Source of the DNA: Mobula hypostoma
Taxonomy: Eukaryota
Direction of reading: 5' to 3'
Assembly: GCF_963921235.1 (NCBI RefSeq)
Contig: NC_086097.1
Location: 226,550,001 to 226,614,000, forward strand
DNA: 64,000 bases
The translations under genes and the position numbers were made by a program. The notes under the pieces are model-generated. The model ran no database searches, had not been told where the DNA came from, and saw only the letters and a list, made by a program, of their open reading frames with translations. Shown one piece after another: positions 35,090-48,019 of the stretch (position 1 is its first letter; the number at the start of each line of letters is the position of its first letter).

Positions 35090-35296
35090 CAGAGGTGTAG
35101 TGGCATCCGCACCGGACTTCGAGGTGAGTGGTCCTGGGTTCAAATCGGGCCAGCCCCTTGCATGCTTTCTACTTTCCATCCCTGGTGGGTTGAGTGTTGA
35201 GCTAGCAACTCGGCCTTGTAAAAAAAAACAAATGCTAACGACATGGCAAGGTTGCTGCTCGATGCACCACAGGTACGGAAACGAACAACAACAACT
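35090..35296 (+). mobile_element. tRNA-derived SINE, same family as 16037-16247
   Basis: gtagtggcatccgcaccggacttcgaggtgagtggtcctgggttcaaatc head and aacaacaac tail. Confidence 0.85.
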
Positions 35297-35879
35297 ATAT
35301 ATATATATATATCAGTTTCAGTTTTAAAATTAACAACTGATCTTGCCTCAGCAATAATAGTGGAGTAGACAATTTAATATTTCCACTGTCCTTCATGTGA
35401 AAAAGTCTACCCTGACATCATGCAGCAGTTTTAAAGAAGTACCATTTTGTACTGGACATCAACATTGGATTTCTCTGCCTATCTTTGCAATTCTTTAATC
35501 AACTTAAATAGTCAATCACATCTGTCCTTAAAAAGAGAGCGTCTAGATTATTCAGTTTCCTACAATTTTAGCCATTTCAAACCTGATAATCATTTAAGTA
35601 AATATGCACTGCACCCCTCCAAATAACGATGATGTGGTTTTGCTGCCATTATGCTACAAAACTGATGCTAACTTCAGGACTGCTATGTGTGGTTGTTAGT
35701 AATTAACTGCTGCTCCTGTCCACTTATCACAATCTTATGTGTGTCGATCTTTACTTCAACTTTTGTGATATATTAGCAACCATTTGCACTTAAATCTACC
35801 ATGTGATTGGTCGTTCGTGATAATAGTCAGTTATATTCCTGCGTTCTCCACAAATAACTTCCAACAATTATCAAGTTCA

Positions 35880-36177
35880 GAGGGAGGTTTTTTTACACAG
35901 GGAGTGCTGTGTTTGTGGAATGCCCTGTCAGGAATGGAGGTAGAGGCAAACACATTAGGGGCATTTAAGAAACTTTAGATTGGCACGTGAATGATAGAGG
36001 GAAGGGTTAGATCAGGGGGGTTCCAATCTTTTTTATGCCATGGGCCCTTACCATTAACTGAGGGGTCCAAGGACCACAGGTTGAGAACCCCTGGGTTAGA
36101 TTGATCTTAGAGCAGGTTAAAACATCAGCATAATGTTGTAGACTGAAGGGCTAGTACTGTGCTGTCATGTTCTATAT
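35880..36177 (+). mobile_element. CR1 3' fragment
   Basis: FFTQGVLCLWNALSG..TLGAFKKL and tail ctgaagggc..gtactgtgctgt..tgttctat. Confidence 0.8.
36013..36093. mobile_element. 81-bp hAT (Charlie-like) MITE
   Basis: TIR cagggggttccaa / ttgagaacccctg; exact 8-bp TSD ggttagat at 36005-36012 and 36094-36101. Confidence 0.9.
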
Positions 36178-36744
36178 TTGGTACTCAACATGAAGAAAGA
36201 GAAAGCCTGCTATAAAAGGATAATAGATCATTGTGGACATCGCACTTCAAGGTTAGTGGAGGGCATCATTTCCTCAAATTCCAGGTCAGATGCCAAGTCT
36301 TGGGTGGTATGTTCACAATACTCTAGAGGCCGTCCAACCAGCAGTTTATCCTGTCACAGAATAGTTTCCATGCATTTTAATCCAGGACCTTTCAGAGGAA
36401 GAGTAACTAAATTATTAGTCTTATAAGTTTATTTGCAGCTGTCCACAACGGTCTAATAACTTCTGTATTCAGTCCCTTAGATTTCCAATGGTTCCACTTT
36501 TTTCCACTTTCAGTGAACCCTGTGGTCTTTTTATTTGGGAAGAAAGTGCCTTTAAGATTTTCCCGATATGCCGCAGGTTTGCACACTTACTTAATCTGTT
36601 TGTATTCATTTGCAACTTTATACTCTTCTCCATTCCTTCCTACATTATCTAACTTAGATTCATAGAATCAAAGAAAAGTTCAGCACAGAAACAGGCCCTT
36701 CAGCCCATTTAGGTTGTGCTAAACCATTTACGCTGCCTACTTAG

Positions 36745-36970
36745 TGAATCAAGATCAAATCAGGTTTATCATCACTGATGCATGTCATTGAATTAGTTGT
36801 TTTGCAACGGCAGTACATTAAGAAAATGTACTATAGAATAAAAAAACCTTAGTTAAAATAAGAAATATAAAAAAATAGAGTACAATGAAAGCAAGATAGT
36901 GGAGTAGTGTTCATGGGTTCATGGGCCTTTCAGAGATCTGATGGCAGAGGGGAAAAAGCTGTTCCTTAAC
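36745..36970 (-). mobile_element. Rex1-like 3' UTR fragment
   Basis: atcaggtttatcatcactga...gttcatgggtt..cagagatctgatggcagagggga, similar to 41852-42030. Confidence 0.65.
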
Positions 36971-37534
36971 CAAGCAGACTTGGAAATATGGCTTCACTTT
37001 CCTTTGCCATTTATAAATATAGTGGAAAAACTCAAACATTGATCCACTGTATTTGAATATTTCTTTTAACATCACCTGCGCGGGATGTCCTTATAACTAT
37101 TATTGATGTACACAGTTTTATCATTACTGACCCTTGAAAAAGTCTAAAATTAGTTATGAATGGAATGGTGGTAAAATTAATTTTCTTCTTGGTGGATTGT
37201 AGTCATATTTTTCCTATAAAGAATCTCTAAATCAAGTCCCAGATCTCTGTATTCAAGACTGTGTGGTTGATATTAATCATAGTCACATTGTCACATTGTA
37301 TTGAAGGTGGTAGTATGCTGGCTTTACAACGCATGAATTATTTACTGGAAGTCATTGCTCTGGTCAACCTAAACTTCAAGATGTCATTAATGGAATCACA
37401 AGAAGTATTATTAAATAACTTGGAGAATACGTTCAAATCACTCCACAAGGATAAACTGGCATGCTTATAGAATTTGCTGTTTTATCTGTTTGCAAGTGCT
37501 TGACATATGTGTCAGTATTGATCCTCAGTATTAA

Positions 37535-38146
37535 GACCATAAAATATAGGAACACAATTAGGCCATTTGTCCCATCATTTCTGCTCTGCCATTTCATCAT
37601 GGCTGATCCAATTTTCCTCTCGGCTCCAATCTCCTGCCTTCTCCCCGTATCCCTTCATGCCCTGATCAATGAAGAATCTATCAACCTCTGCCTTAAATAT
37701 ACTTAAAGACTTTGCCTCCAGAGCTGCCTGTGGCAATGAATTCCCCAGATTTACCACTCTCTGGCTAAAGAAATTCCTCCCTGTCTCAGTTTTAAAAGGG
37801 CACCCCTCTATTCTGAGGCTGTGTCCTCTTGTCTTAGACTCTCCCACCGTAAGAAACATCCTATGGGTTCTGCCAAAGGGTCTTGGCCCGAAACGTTAAC
37901 TATACTCTTTTCCTAAATGCTGCCTGGGCTGCTGAGATAATCCAGCATTTTGTGTGTCTTAATAGGAAACATCTTCTCCACATCCTCTCTATCAAGGCCT
38001 TTTACCATTCGATAGGTTTCAAAGAGGTCACCTCTCATTCTTCTGAATTCCAGTGAATGCGGGCCGAGAGCCATCAGATGCTCTTCATATGACAAGCCAT
38101 TCAATCCTGGAATCATTCTCATGAACCTCCTTTGAACCCTCTCCAC
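37535..38146 (-). mobile_element. CR1 3' fragment
   Basis: ERVQRRFMRMIPG..RRMRGDL and TRGHSLRIEG..FFSQRVVNLGNSLP. Confidence 0.9.
37863..37960 (+). mobile_element. About 100-bp Penelope-like pLTR fragment (degenerate hammerhead) inserted in CR1
   Basis: aagggtcttggcccgaaacgttaact...tgctgcctgggctgctgag..ccagcattttgtgtgt, flanked by duplicated gaaacatc of the CR1 target. Confidence 0.8.
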
Positions 38147-38206
38147 CCTCTAAGACTAATACAAAACTGTGTAGGTTTCTAGAATTACATTCGAAGAGCT
38201 GACATT

Positions 38207-38862
38207 TAGATATCCCACCCTGCAAAAGCTCATTTCAGGGAGGTAGCACCACCACTTCAGGGAAGTAGCATCCTCTACCCCACCCCACCCCCGGTCGACC
38301 TCCAAGTATGTAATACTTTGTTTAGTGATTTTGTCTAATCTGTCAATCAAGTTGGGTATATGCAGAAAATGTGACATTAAAATGTGTACTTATATTATTT
38401 TATGTTATATTATCATGGAGTCATTTTTTTATTTTATTACAACTTTAAGTAAGTTTACAGAGAGCTTGGCCTCATCACGTAGGACATCAATAGAGTAGCT
38501 CCTTAGCAGCTAACCAGCTAGTTTAAATAACGTTAGCTATGCTAATGAATGAAGGACACCTGTTAAACTCATCTCAACATGTCTCTTACATTTTAACCCA
38601 CTATGGGCAATAGAAAAGTCACTGTTGCAAACAGTGCAGTGAGCAACACTGTCATTATTTTTGAGGTCAACTGTAAAGCCCGCCCACAGAGAAAACTGAT
38701 AGGTCTACTTAGCACGAAGAGAGACCAATCAGGATGCTCGCTTTCGCTTTTGCTGTAAAAAAAAATCAATTTCCGGGATATTGTATATAATTTCTGTGTG
38801 TCAGGGAGCCGCTATCAATATGCGGGAGACTCCCAGAACTTCCGGGAGAGGTGGGATGTCTG
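38207..38862. mobile_element. Non-autonomous DNA transposon, same family as 16352-16871
   Basis: tagatatcccaccctgcaaaa ... ccgggagaggtgggatgtctg termini; shared internal block caatagagtagctccttagcagc...gcaaacagtgc. Confidence 0.88.
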
Positions 38863-39107
38863 GACTTGGCTTAATTAGGTCTACAGTCATGTTACGTAGC
38901 CAACAATGCATTATTCCTGCATGTAAGCCCCTTAAGTCGAACTTGAAATTGGCAGGTTTCTATCATAGTGTACAATGCCTTTGGGACAATTGGCATTGAG
39001 TTGCAGTTACACTGAAGAGTTCATCATACTTTGATACAAGTACAGAACTCCATTGCTCCATGAACATGTTTTTATTGTCCAATAGATGGTTATTTACAGT
39101 ATTAATG

Positions 39108-39323
39108 CAAGAGATTCTGTAGATGCTAGAAATCCAGAGTAATGCACATAGAATGTTGGAGGACCTCAGTATGAATCAATATTTCGGGCTGAGGTCCTTC
39201 ATCAGAAATCAGATCATCAGGTGCTGATGAAGAACCACAGCCCGAAACGTTGATTGTTTATTCCTCTCCATAGATACTGTGTGAGCTGTTGAGGTCCTCT
39301 AGCATTTTGTGTGTGTTACTCTA
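39108..39323. mobile_element. Fold-back Penelope-like pLTR element with opposed hammerhead remnants
   Basis: Left arm ...tttcgggctgaggtccttcatcag; right arm ctgatgaagaaccacagcccgaaacgttgattg...; the arms are mutually reverse-complementary. Confidence 0.8.
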
Positions 39324-39848
39324 GTTATTTATGCTCTCTTCTGTGTTGTTAAGTACACTGGAGATGCAGTGGACAACCTGTACAGAATGGTAATGATGTC
39401 TCACCCAGTGCACTTCAGTGAAGAAGTAGTTTGTTGTGGAGAGAAAGCACAACAATGGGCAGTACATCCCCAGGTAATCCTTCTCTGCAGTGTTGTAATA
39501 GCTAGAAATGCTGTCTGCAGAACTTGTGTTTCCAGAAATCATTCCTGTTCTGTTGACCATGTGGGTCTCTTCCAGGTCCTGCTGTTTCTACCTACAGAGG
39601 ATGTGATTGTGGGCCAGCTGATAATTGTTTTACCCCTGGTGTCATTAAGTGGTAAGAGAATTGGCAAGAGTCAATGGTCCTGTGAGAAAGAAGGGAATAC
39701 AAGGATGTATGTAAGGGAATGGAATTGATTGAATTACTGAGAGCTGGTATGGACCTTGTTAGGGTATCTGTTGTCCTCCTGTATCATAAAGAAAAGGTGA
39801 AACAAAAATCTAGTGGAGAGTTTTTAAAAAAGCTTGAAATTTCTTTTC

Positions 39849-40010
39849 ACAAACAAGAGGAAATCTGCAGATGCTGTAAATGCAAGCAGCACACACAAAA
39901 TGCTGAAGGAACTCAGTATAAAGGGTCTGGGTCCGAAACGTCGACTGTTTACTCTTTTCCACAGATACTGCCTGGTCTGCTGAGTTCCTCCAGCATTTTG
40001 TGTGTGTTGC
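39849..40010. mobile_element. Fold-back Penelope-like pLTR element
   Basis: gcacacacaaaatgctgaaggaactcag / ctgagttcctccagcattttgtgtgtg arms; central gggtctgggtccgaaacgtcgact; 15/16-nt flanking direct repeats at 39832-39847 and 40009-40024. Confidence 0.82.
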
Positions 40011-40737
40011 TTGAATTTTCTTTTACTTACTTAGATGTTTATACATGCCGCTGAAGATAAAACTGAGTGGTATTTGGTTGCTGCATTCAAAAGCAAACAA
40101 TGATAATTTAATTCTGGAATCAACTTGACATCAGTGTACATAACAAATGAGAAGGTTTCAAAGTGACGGAAGTGGATTGTACACAGACAACTTCTGAGTG
40201 AAAGAAAAGGGGGAGAGATGGGTGGTTTGCAGAAGATATTCTCAAATGGAGTTCAGCTGGTCCACATTGCTTACTTGAATTGTAACCTTAAAGGATCTAT
40301 TCATGATGGTTTGTGCCTTTGGTTTATGTAACTGAAGTAATCACTGCCATTGTCACATGTTCAACACAACACTGCAGTACACACTTCAGTATTATTTTCC
40401 CCTTTTAAATTACATGTTATCCGTCAGTATAGTGTGAAATAAGAACAAACCACTTGATACAGCTCTATTCTTGCAACAAACTCAGCAAGTGGACATTCAA
40501 AGCTTTAAATGTCCATTATACCCGCAAAGCATGGACATTCAGAACTAATGAACCTGTGTTGACCTTTGACAAGAGCCACATTCAGTGTTTCTGCGTACCC
40601 CTCACTATTCGCATTTTCAGAAATGCTTGCTACCTCCAGTTAGGTTAGTGTTGGCTGACATTTGCTAGTAATCAGAACGCATGGCAGTATTAGTACAATA
40701 TACTTTACAAACTTTAGAACTGATATACTTTGCAAAT

Positions 40738-41308
40738 AAGACCATAAGACATTGGAGCAGAATTAGGCTATTTGACCCACTGAGTCTGCTCCACCATTTC
40801 ATCATGGCTGATCCATTTCCTTCTCAGCCTCAACCTCCTGCCTTCTCCCTGTATCTCTTCATGCCCTGACTCATCAAGAATCTATCAATGTCTTAAATAT
40901 ACCCAATGACTTGGCCTCCACAGCTGTTTGTGGGAACAAATTCCATAGATTCACCACTCTCTGGCTGAAGAAATTCCTCATCGCCATTCTAAATGGACAT
41001 CCCTCTATTCTGAGGCTGTGTCTGCCTGTCTTAGACTCCCCCACCATAGGAAATACCCTGTCCAAATCTACTCCATCAAGGCTTACAATATTTGATTGGT
41101 TTCAATGAGGTTTACTCTCATTCTTCTGAACTCCAGCGAGTTCAAGCCCAGAGCCAACAAACACTCCTCATATGATAAAACTTTCAATCCTGGAATCATT
41201 TTCATGAACATCCTTTGAACCCTCTCCAATGTCAGCACTTCCTTTCTTAGATAAGGGGCCTGAAACTGCACACAATACTCCAAGTGAGGCCTCATCAGCG
41301 CCTTATAA
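40738..41308 (-). mobile_element. CR1 3' fragment
   Basis: RPHLEYCVQF..LERVQRMFMKMIPG and FFSQRVVNLWNLFP. Confidence 0.9.
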
Positions 41309-41851
41309 GTGGATGAAAGAGAAATGGAAGGTAATGAACTACATAGGGAGGGAGGATAATATTAATCATGGAGGAGGTTTAAAGGTCAGCACAGCATCAT
41401 GGGCTGAAGGGCCTGTACTGTGCTGTACTCTTCTATGTTCTATGGGAACTCTTCTCACTTCCTCTCTGTAATGCAAAACTGTAATGAAGAATTCTGCCTC
41501 AGAATTGCTTTTAATTGCACATATCCTCGGTGTTCTTAAATATATATAATTAATAATAGGATTGAATCTGAAATCACCAAAAAATGACAAGTAGGATCTC
41601 CTTTACATTAAGAAAGTTAAAGGTTGATTTGCAAGTTTTAAGAGGCTTTAAAGTCCAGCCTGTGCACTTTATAGATATTGTGCTTGCTGGGCGCAGAACA
41701 TGCGCCCAGTCAAAGCTTTTCAGGAGTTCCTTATGTGTCAGTGGGACAATTGTAGTTAAAGTTACAATTGGAAGCAGGGGTGGGAATTACAGGGAGTGAA
41801 GACCAGGGGATTGGGAGAAGATTTCAACAACTGTTATTGGGCAGAGAAAGA

Positions 41852-42382
41852 TCAGAATCAGGTTTATTATCACTGATATATATCATGAAATTTGTTGTTT
41901 TGTGCAAAAGTTTAAAAATTACTTTGTTACAAAAATAAATAATAGTGGAAAAGAGGAATAATGAGGTTGTGTTCATGGGTTTGTGGACCAGTCAGATATC
42001 TGTAGCAGAGGGGAGGAAACTGTTCCCAACACATTGAGTGAGGTTCTTCAGACTCCTATACCTCCCATACCTCCTCCCTGGTAGTAGTTTCGTGAAGATG
42101 GTATGTCGGCTGCCTTCTTGAGTCACTGCCTTTTGAAGATGCACTTGATGGTGGGGAGGGTAGTGCCTGTGATCGTGCTGACTAACCCTACAACCCTCTA
42201 CACCCTCAATCAATCCTGCGCATTTGAGCCTCCATGTTCAAACAGTGATGCAACCATTCAGAATGCTCTCCAAAGTACCAAATCTCCTCAGGCTTCTGAC
42301 GAAGTAGGGCTGCTGGTGTGCCTTCTTCATGGTTGCATCAATGTGCTGGGATTTTCTGAGATGCTGATGCCCAGGAACTTGA
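41852..42382 (-). mobile_element. Degenerate Rex1-like 3' fragment
   Basis: KKAHQQPYFVRSLRRFG..ESILNGCITV and GNSFLPSA peptides. Confidence 0.75.
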
Positions 42383-45152
42383 GGAGAGCTGCAATCTGGA
42401 GGCGAGGGCTGAGTGTTGAAGTTGACCCTAATCAGGTTAGGTGAAGCAGGGAATGAGCTCCATCCACAAGTGTGCAAATCACAATGGGGAATTGACCGTG
42501 CTGTTGTGGCTATTTACATCAGAGAGCTCAAATCCAATTTCCCAGCGAGTAGGTCATGATCAGAAAATATGTGCAATTACTCCAAAACGTGCCTAATAAT
42601 CACAAATCTTATTCTCTTAATATCTTCAAAAAGGGTACAATTTCAAGGTAATGCTTTCTTATATGGAGCAAAGTCTTAAATAAAACAAAAATTACAGCGT
42701 GATAAGAGCTATTTAGTCTATCGCTACATTAACCTTCCTCGATTAAGAATTCCTGTATTTAAAAAAAAAAGAAATTCTGGAAGATCAGTCAGCTTCTATG
42801 AAAAGAAACAGCTAGTTTTAACATTTCAGGTGCAACTATTTCATATTTTTATGAGGTTTGATCAATTATGTGGGCCACCACACAATCCACAATAGCTTTA
42901 TGCTGAAAAAGAGTATTCAGTTGATCTGAAGGGACTTGATGGCCTATTGGCCATTGTGCTATTCATTTAATATCCTTATAGAAAGGGAGCCTTAGTGCAG
43001 CTACCAGTTGGTCATAACACAACTGTTCTTTTATTTGATCTCGGTTTCCATTTCAATTTTTTTCTGTTCAATCTGGATTTCCATTTCATGCATCAGATGT
43101 TCTTTCAATGAAGAGTATTTTTGATATTGGTTATAAACTTTGTACTATTGCCACAATTCAAAGTAAAGTGTTTTTTATATTTTGCTGTACTTTTTATTTC
43201 TTTACATATTTCTATAATATATTCCCTGTCGTAACTTATTCTGTGACAAAGAGCCTAAATTTCTCTGCTTTGTTCTTATAACATGAAAACCATTGGTTAG
43301 CCTTGTGTTTTTCTCCTCTGCACTCCCTGTATTATCTGGCTTCCATCCTGGCTTGAATACCATATGAAAAAGATATGGTCTGACAGGGGAAGTGGATAAA
43401 AATCTGGTGCCTAGTAATGGGTTCTCTGCATTACATTTCTTTAATAACACTGGTAAATTTCGAGCTTTGTCACTTGCATCTGATTCTGAAGAGCTGACGT
43501 GACCTACTTGATCACTTAGCAATCTGCTCACTAGATTATTGAGCTCAAAGACACAAGCCCCAGTTTTGACAGCTACAAGAAGCATTTTACATTGTAAATG
43601 CAAAATGCACTGCTGCATAATTCATGCTCTGACCAACCCTCCAAGCTTAGAAATAAGCTCTCTTTTAAAGGAAAGAAATAGGGGAAGTGGGGTGGGTTAA
43701 GTGGCAGAGCTCATTTCCCATCGGTTCCACTGTGTTTGTTAGTAAATTAGTCATTAAACAAGGGATTAGAGTTAATGATGATTAAACAATTTATGCTGTC
43801 TCATAAGTAGTTTCCTAAAATGTGTCTAATTTGGCATGATATGTAGGATTCTCATTATCACAGCAGCAGCTATGGATGTTAGAGTGATGACACCAGAGCT
43901 TCCAGAAAGCTATAGGTTTGATCTCCAATTCTGTTTCCATGAATCTGCTGTCATCTTTCCCAGTTTTGCAGACCCTTTGCCACTTTTTTTGAATCCATAA
44001 GCACTGTTATTATTGCCCCTTGTGAAATAAAAGCCATTCTGAAAACTGCCCTGAACACTGAACACAGGGGATCTCACCAGTGATCACAGCAAATGTAAAA
44101 AGCCCATAACTCACAAGCATTGCATGCGTGCTCGTCCTGCGATCCTATTGTCCTGCGTGAGGGAGAAGACGTCAGCAGTTCACTGTCGCTGCTGGGACCT
44201 TCTCTTTTATTGTGCAAGTTGTTTCTGTGGTTTTAATTATTTTAATGGGCACAGGGGATTGCAGAATGGTGCTTAAATTCATTCCTGGAACCCTGCGTGC
44301 AGCTGGCGACCTTTAAGTGATAGTTCACTCAAGTGGATTATTGTTTTCATTCTTCAACTGAGTGAATTATCACCTGTTGAGACAGCGAAAATACTATTTC
44401 AGTTCCATAGAGTTAACAGATTAATTTAATTAATTCAGGAAGGCTTCAGAGTTCTTAGTTGCGAACCAGTTTACAGTGAAACTGTGCATAAAGCAAAAAG
44501 TAACTCAAACTGCAAGTGGTGTCAATTAGGAGACTGGCCATGTACCATTGTCATTTACTCAAAGAAGAGCTGGACAAAGATTGTTTTGTGAATGGAGGCA
44601 CAGGTGTTTGTGGAATGTTGGCTTGCGAAGGATGTGACTGTATACCACATAGTTCAATGTTTTTCAATTAGTATAAGTGAGGAAGAGTGGGTCCATTGTT
44701 AGTCACTATCTGTTCCAGTACTAAGTATTCATGTCATGTGATTATGCAACCCAATAAAGAAAAGGCTAGTTTTTTTATTCAAAAAGCAACATTCATCTGT
44801 CAACGTACAATGGCCATTTTACAAATAACAACCATAATGATAAGAGTATGTAAATTTTCAATAACAGAAATGCACCTCTGTGTAATTTGAAAGAGGTGTT
44901 GCTTTCCTTTTATAAAAAAAACAGATTTTAACAGACTTCCAATGATACTTTGTTGTAGATATTGGTTCCTACCATATTGCCCTGTAGCTCAAATATTGCC
45001 AGATCAAATTTTCAGTCAGTTAACAGATTTGAATCCTGGGTTATAATATTGAAATTGCCTGATCTCTCTGCTACTGGAATAATATCCATTATTTTCCAGT
45101 TGAACAGTTGGCTGGAACACTACCCTTCTTCAAGGAAGCTGGTTACGCAAAA

Positions 45153-46027
45153 AGTTCAAAGTAAATTTATTAGCAAAGTGCATGTATCTCACCATATGCA
45201 CCCCTGAGATTCATTTTCTTGTGGGCATACTCAGTAAATCCATTAACCATTGTAGAATCAGTGAAGGACCCACACCCAATAGGACGGGCAAACAACCAGT
45301 GTGCAAAAGACAACAAACTGTGCCAATACAAAAGAAAAAAAGAAATAATAATAATTATTATTAAATAAGAAACAAGTGATGAGAACATAAGATGAGGAGT
45401 CATTGAAAGTGAGTTCACAGGTTGTGAGAACAGTTCAGTGATGGGGTGTGTGAATTTATCCCCAAGAGTTCAAATGCCTGATGGTTGAGAGGTAATAGCT
45501 GTTCCTGAACCAGGTGGTGTGTGTCCTGAGGCTTATGTACCTTCTTGTTGGCAACAGTGAGAAGAGAGCATGGCCTGGGTGGCAGAAGTCCTTGATAATG
45601 GATGGTGCTTTACTGTGACAGTGCGCTGTGTAGATGTGCTCAGCAGTGGGGAGGACTTTACCCAAGATGCACTGGGCTGTATCCACTACTTTTTGTAGGA
45701 TGTTCCATTCAAGGACATTTGTGCTTTCATACCAGGCTGTGACGCAGCCAGTCTCCACCGCACATATTTAGAAGTTTGGCAAAGTTTTAGATGTCATGCT
45801 GAATCTTCACAAACTACTTTTAAAAGAAGTAGAGGCACTGCTGTGCTTTCTTCGTAATTGCACTTACAGGGCCCAGGTCAGATCATCTGAAATGGTAACA
45901 CAGAGGAATTTAAAGTTGCTGACCCGTTCCTTCTCTGATTGTGCCCCTCCCCACCGATGAGGACTGGATTATGGACCTCTGGTCTCTTTCTCCTGAAGTC
46001 AATAACCAGCTCCTTGGTCTTGCTGAC

Positions 46028-46084
<57 letters not shown>

Positions 46085-46135
46085 TTGTTGTTGTGGCACT
46101 ACTCAGTCAGATTTTCAATCTCCATCCTATATGCT
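45153..46135 (-). mobile_element. Rex1-like LINE 3' portion containing a (TG)n(AG)n microsatellite
   Basis: NVSKTKELVIDFRR, TGCVTAWY..LQKVVDTAQ..HPGHALFSLLP..FRNSYY peptides and a 3' UTR. Confidence 0.88.
46030..46083. repeat. (TG)n(AG)n compound microsatellite
   Basis: Directly visible. Confidence 0.97.
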
Positions 46136-46439
46136 GAAAGGTCACCCATGCTATGTGGTATCAACTCAGCCATGTGGTGAACCTTCTCCAATGGAAAGGT
46201 TATGGGCCAAGACTATAAGACATGTACTGATGAACATACCACATAATGGAGAAAATAAGAGAATTATTGGGAAAATATAAAGAAATAAAACATTTTATGA
46301 TACTAATAACAGCTAAAAACACACCCATAATTCCATTAAAATATGTACTTTGTATGTTTATAATAACTGAATTAATCATATGAATTGCATAGAGTTCTGT
46401 TTATTTCAGACTAATGCAGGAGTCTGTTATTTTGATATA

Positions 46440-46506
46440 CAGTAATGTGTAAAAATCTTAGGCACATATATATAGCTAGGATGCCTAAGATTTTTCCACA
46501 GTACTG
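46440..46506. mobile_element. 67-bp palindromic Tc1/mariner-like mini-MITE
   Basis: ta|cagtaatgtgtaaaaatcttaggca ... tgcctaagatttttccacagtactg|ta. Confidence 0.8.
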
Positions 46507-46925
46507 TACTTGTCAACGTGGAGCAGAGAGCAAGATTGTAAATCCGGCGGGAGCAAAGGATGTTGGGAATGGCGAGGCTGGAGTGCTGCGGGGAGGATGT
46601 GGGACAGGTGGCAGGGAAGGGGTGCCAGGGGCGGTGGGAGGGGGTGCAGCCTGGGTGCAGACACACCCAGCCCCGAGACACCAAGCAAGGTCATTTGATT
46701 CCAAACAATTGGTTTATTAATCATTACAGAATGTCTCTTTGGTGCTTCCCACTACCTGTCCTCTCCTTTCCCCTTTTCCCAGTCATGATTACCCTCTCTC
46801 TGCTCCTTTTCCACTCTGTGCAGTATAGAAACACATGTCAGTATAGAAACCCATATCAGAAACAGGTTTATCAACACTCATATATGCCATGAAATGTGTT
46901 TTTTTTTGTGTGTGTGTTACCAGTA

Positions 46926-47880
46926 GATAGATAGATACATATACTTTATTGATCCCAAGGGAAATTGGGTTTTGTTACAGCCGCACCAAACAAGAATAGA
47001 GCATAAATATAAGAATACAAAAACCACAAACAATCAAACAACAAATGCAAACTATGACAGATGGAAAAGAGTCCAGGACCAGTCTATTGGCTCAGGGTGT
47101 CTGACCCTCCACGGGAGGAGCTGCAAGTTCGATGGCCACAGACAGGAACGACCTCCCGTGTCGCCCAGTGTTGTATCTCGGTGGAATGTGGCCGAAGTCC
47201 AACAGTAAAAAGTTCAATATCCAGTCTACAAACACGCTCCTCGATCGTAATATAACCCGGATTGCAACATCTGTTGTTAACCAGAACAGTAAGCACACAA
47301 TTCCTTTACGCTTACTGCTCTCAGTGCACTTCTGGTCAGCCGGAACGGTCTGGAAGCCGTTCATGGAGAAGTTTTGATCGGGTATGTCCTCGTGCAGCCC
47401 CGTTCCAGTGAAACACATAACACTGCACTCCCGAAATGTTCTCTGACGCGTGGCTAGCGCAGTAAACTCGTCCATTTTATTACCCACCGAACTCCTCTTC
47501 TCCATAAGTCTCTGTTGTCTCGACCCAGTCCTTTTTTCTCAATTTTGTGATCCCCCTCTGTATACTCTGTGTGTTTTCCTCCAGATTTCAGCAGGGGTGT
47601 CCGCGCGCTGCGCGCTAAACCGGCCGGCATTAGCGCAAGCAGCTGGTCCCTGGAATGAACAATGCGACCATGCTTCTGTCCCGCGTGACGGGATGTAACT
47701 ATTTCCAGAGCTAAAAACCCAAATAAAACTCTCTCTACCAGCATGTTAGAGAGAGTGCAGCTTCGACGTGTTACCGTGAAAAAAAATACAAAAAATAACG
47801 TAAGTTTAAAAAGAAGAAAAAAGTAAGAATCCAATCGGAATGGCTGTAACAGGCTGCATGCACGATCGGCGCATGTGCAC
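46926..47880 (-). mobile_element. Internally deleted Rex1/Babar-like LINE (5' end and endonuclease N-terminus fused to extreme 3' end)
   Basis: SVGNKMDEF..RECSVMCFTGTGL..GFQTV.ADQ (APE N-terminus) joined to IPPRYNTGRHGRSFL, a 3' UTR with AATAAA and a (TATC)n tail. Confidence 0.8.
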
Positions 47881-47901
47881 TAACAATACATAAAATTACT
47901 A

Positions 47902-47931
47902 CAGTACTGTGCAAAAGTCTTGATACCTTAG

Positions 47932-47994
<63 letters not shown>

Positions 47995-48019
47995 CGCCTA
48001 AGACTTTTGAACAGTACTG
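47902..48019. mobile_element. Palindromic Tc1/mariner-like mini-MITE with expanded (TA)n(TG)n centre
   Basis: ta|cagtactgtgcaaaagtctt ... aagacttttgaacagtactg|ta. Confidence 0.85.

Noticed and set aside
43202..43618. 138-aa minus-strand ORF as a gene
   Set aside because: No recognisable domain or convincing exon context; length is compatible with chance.
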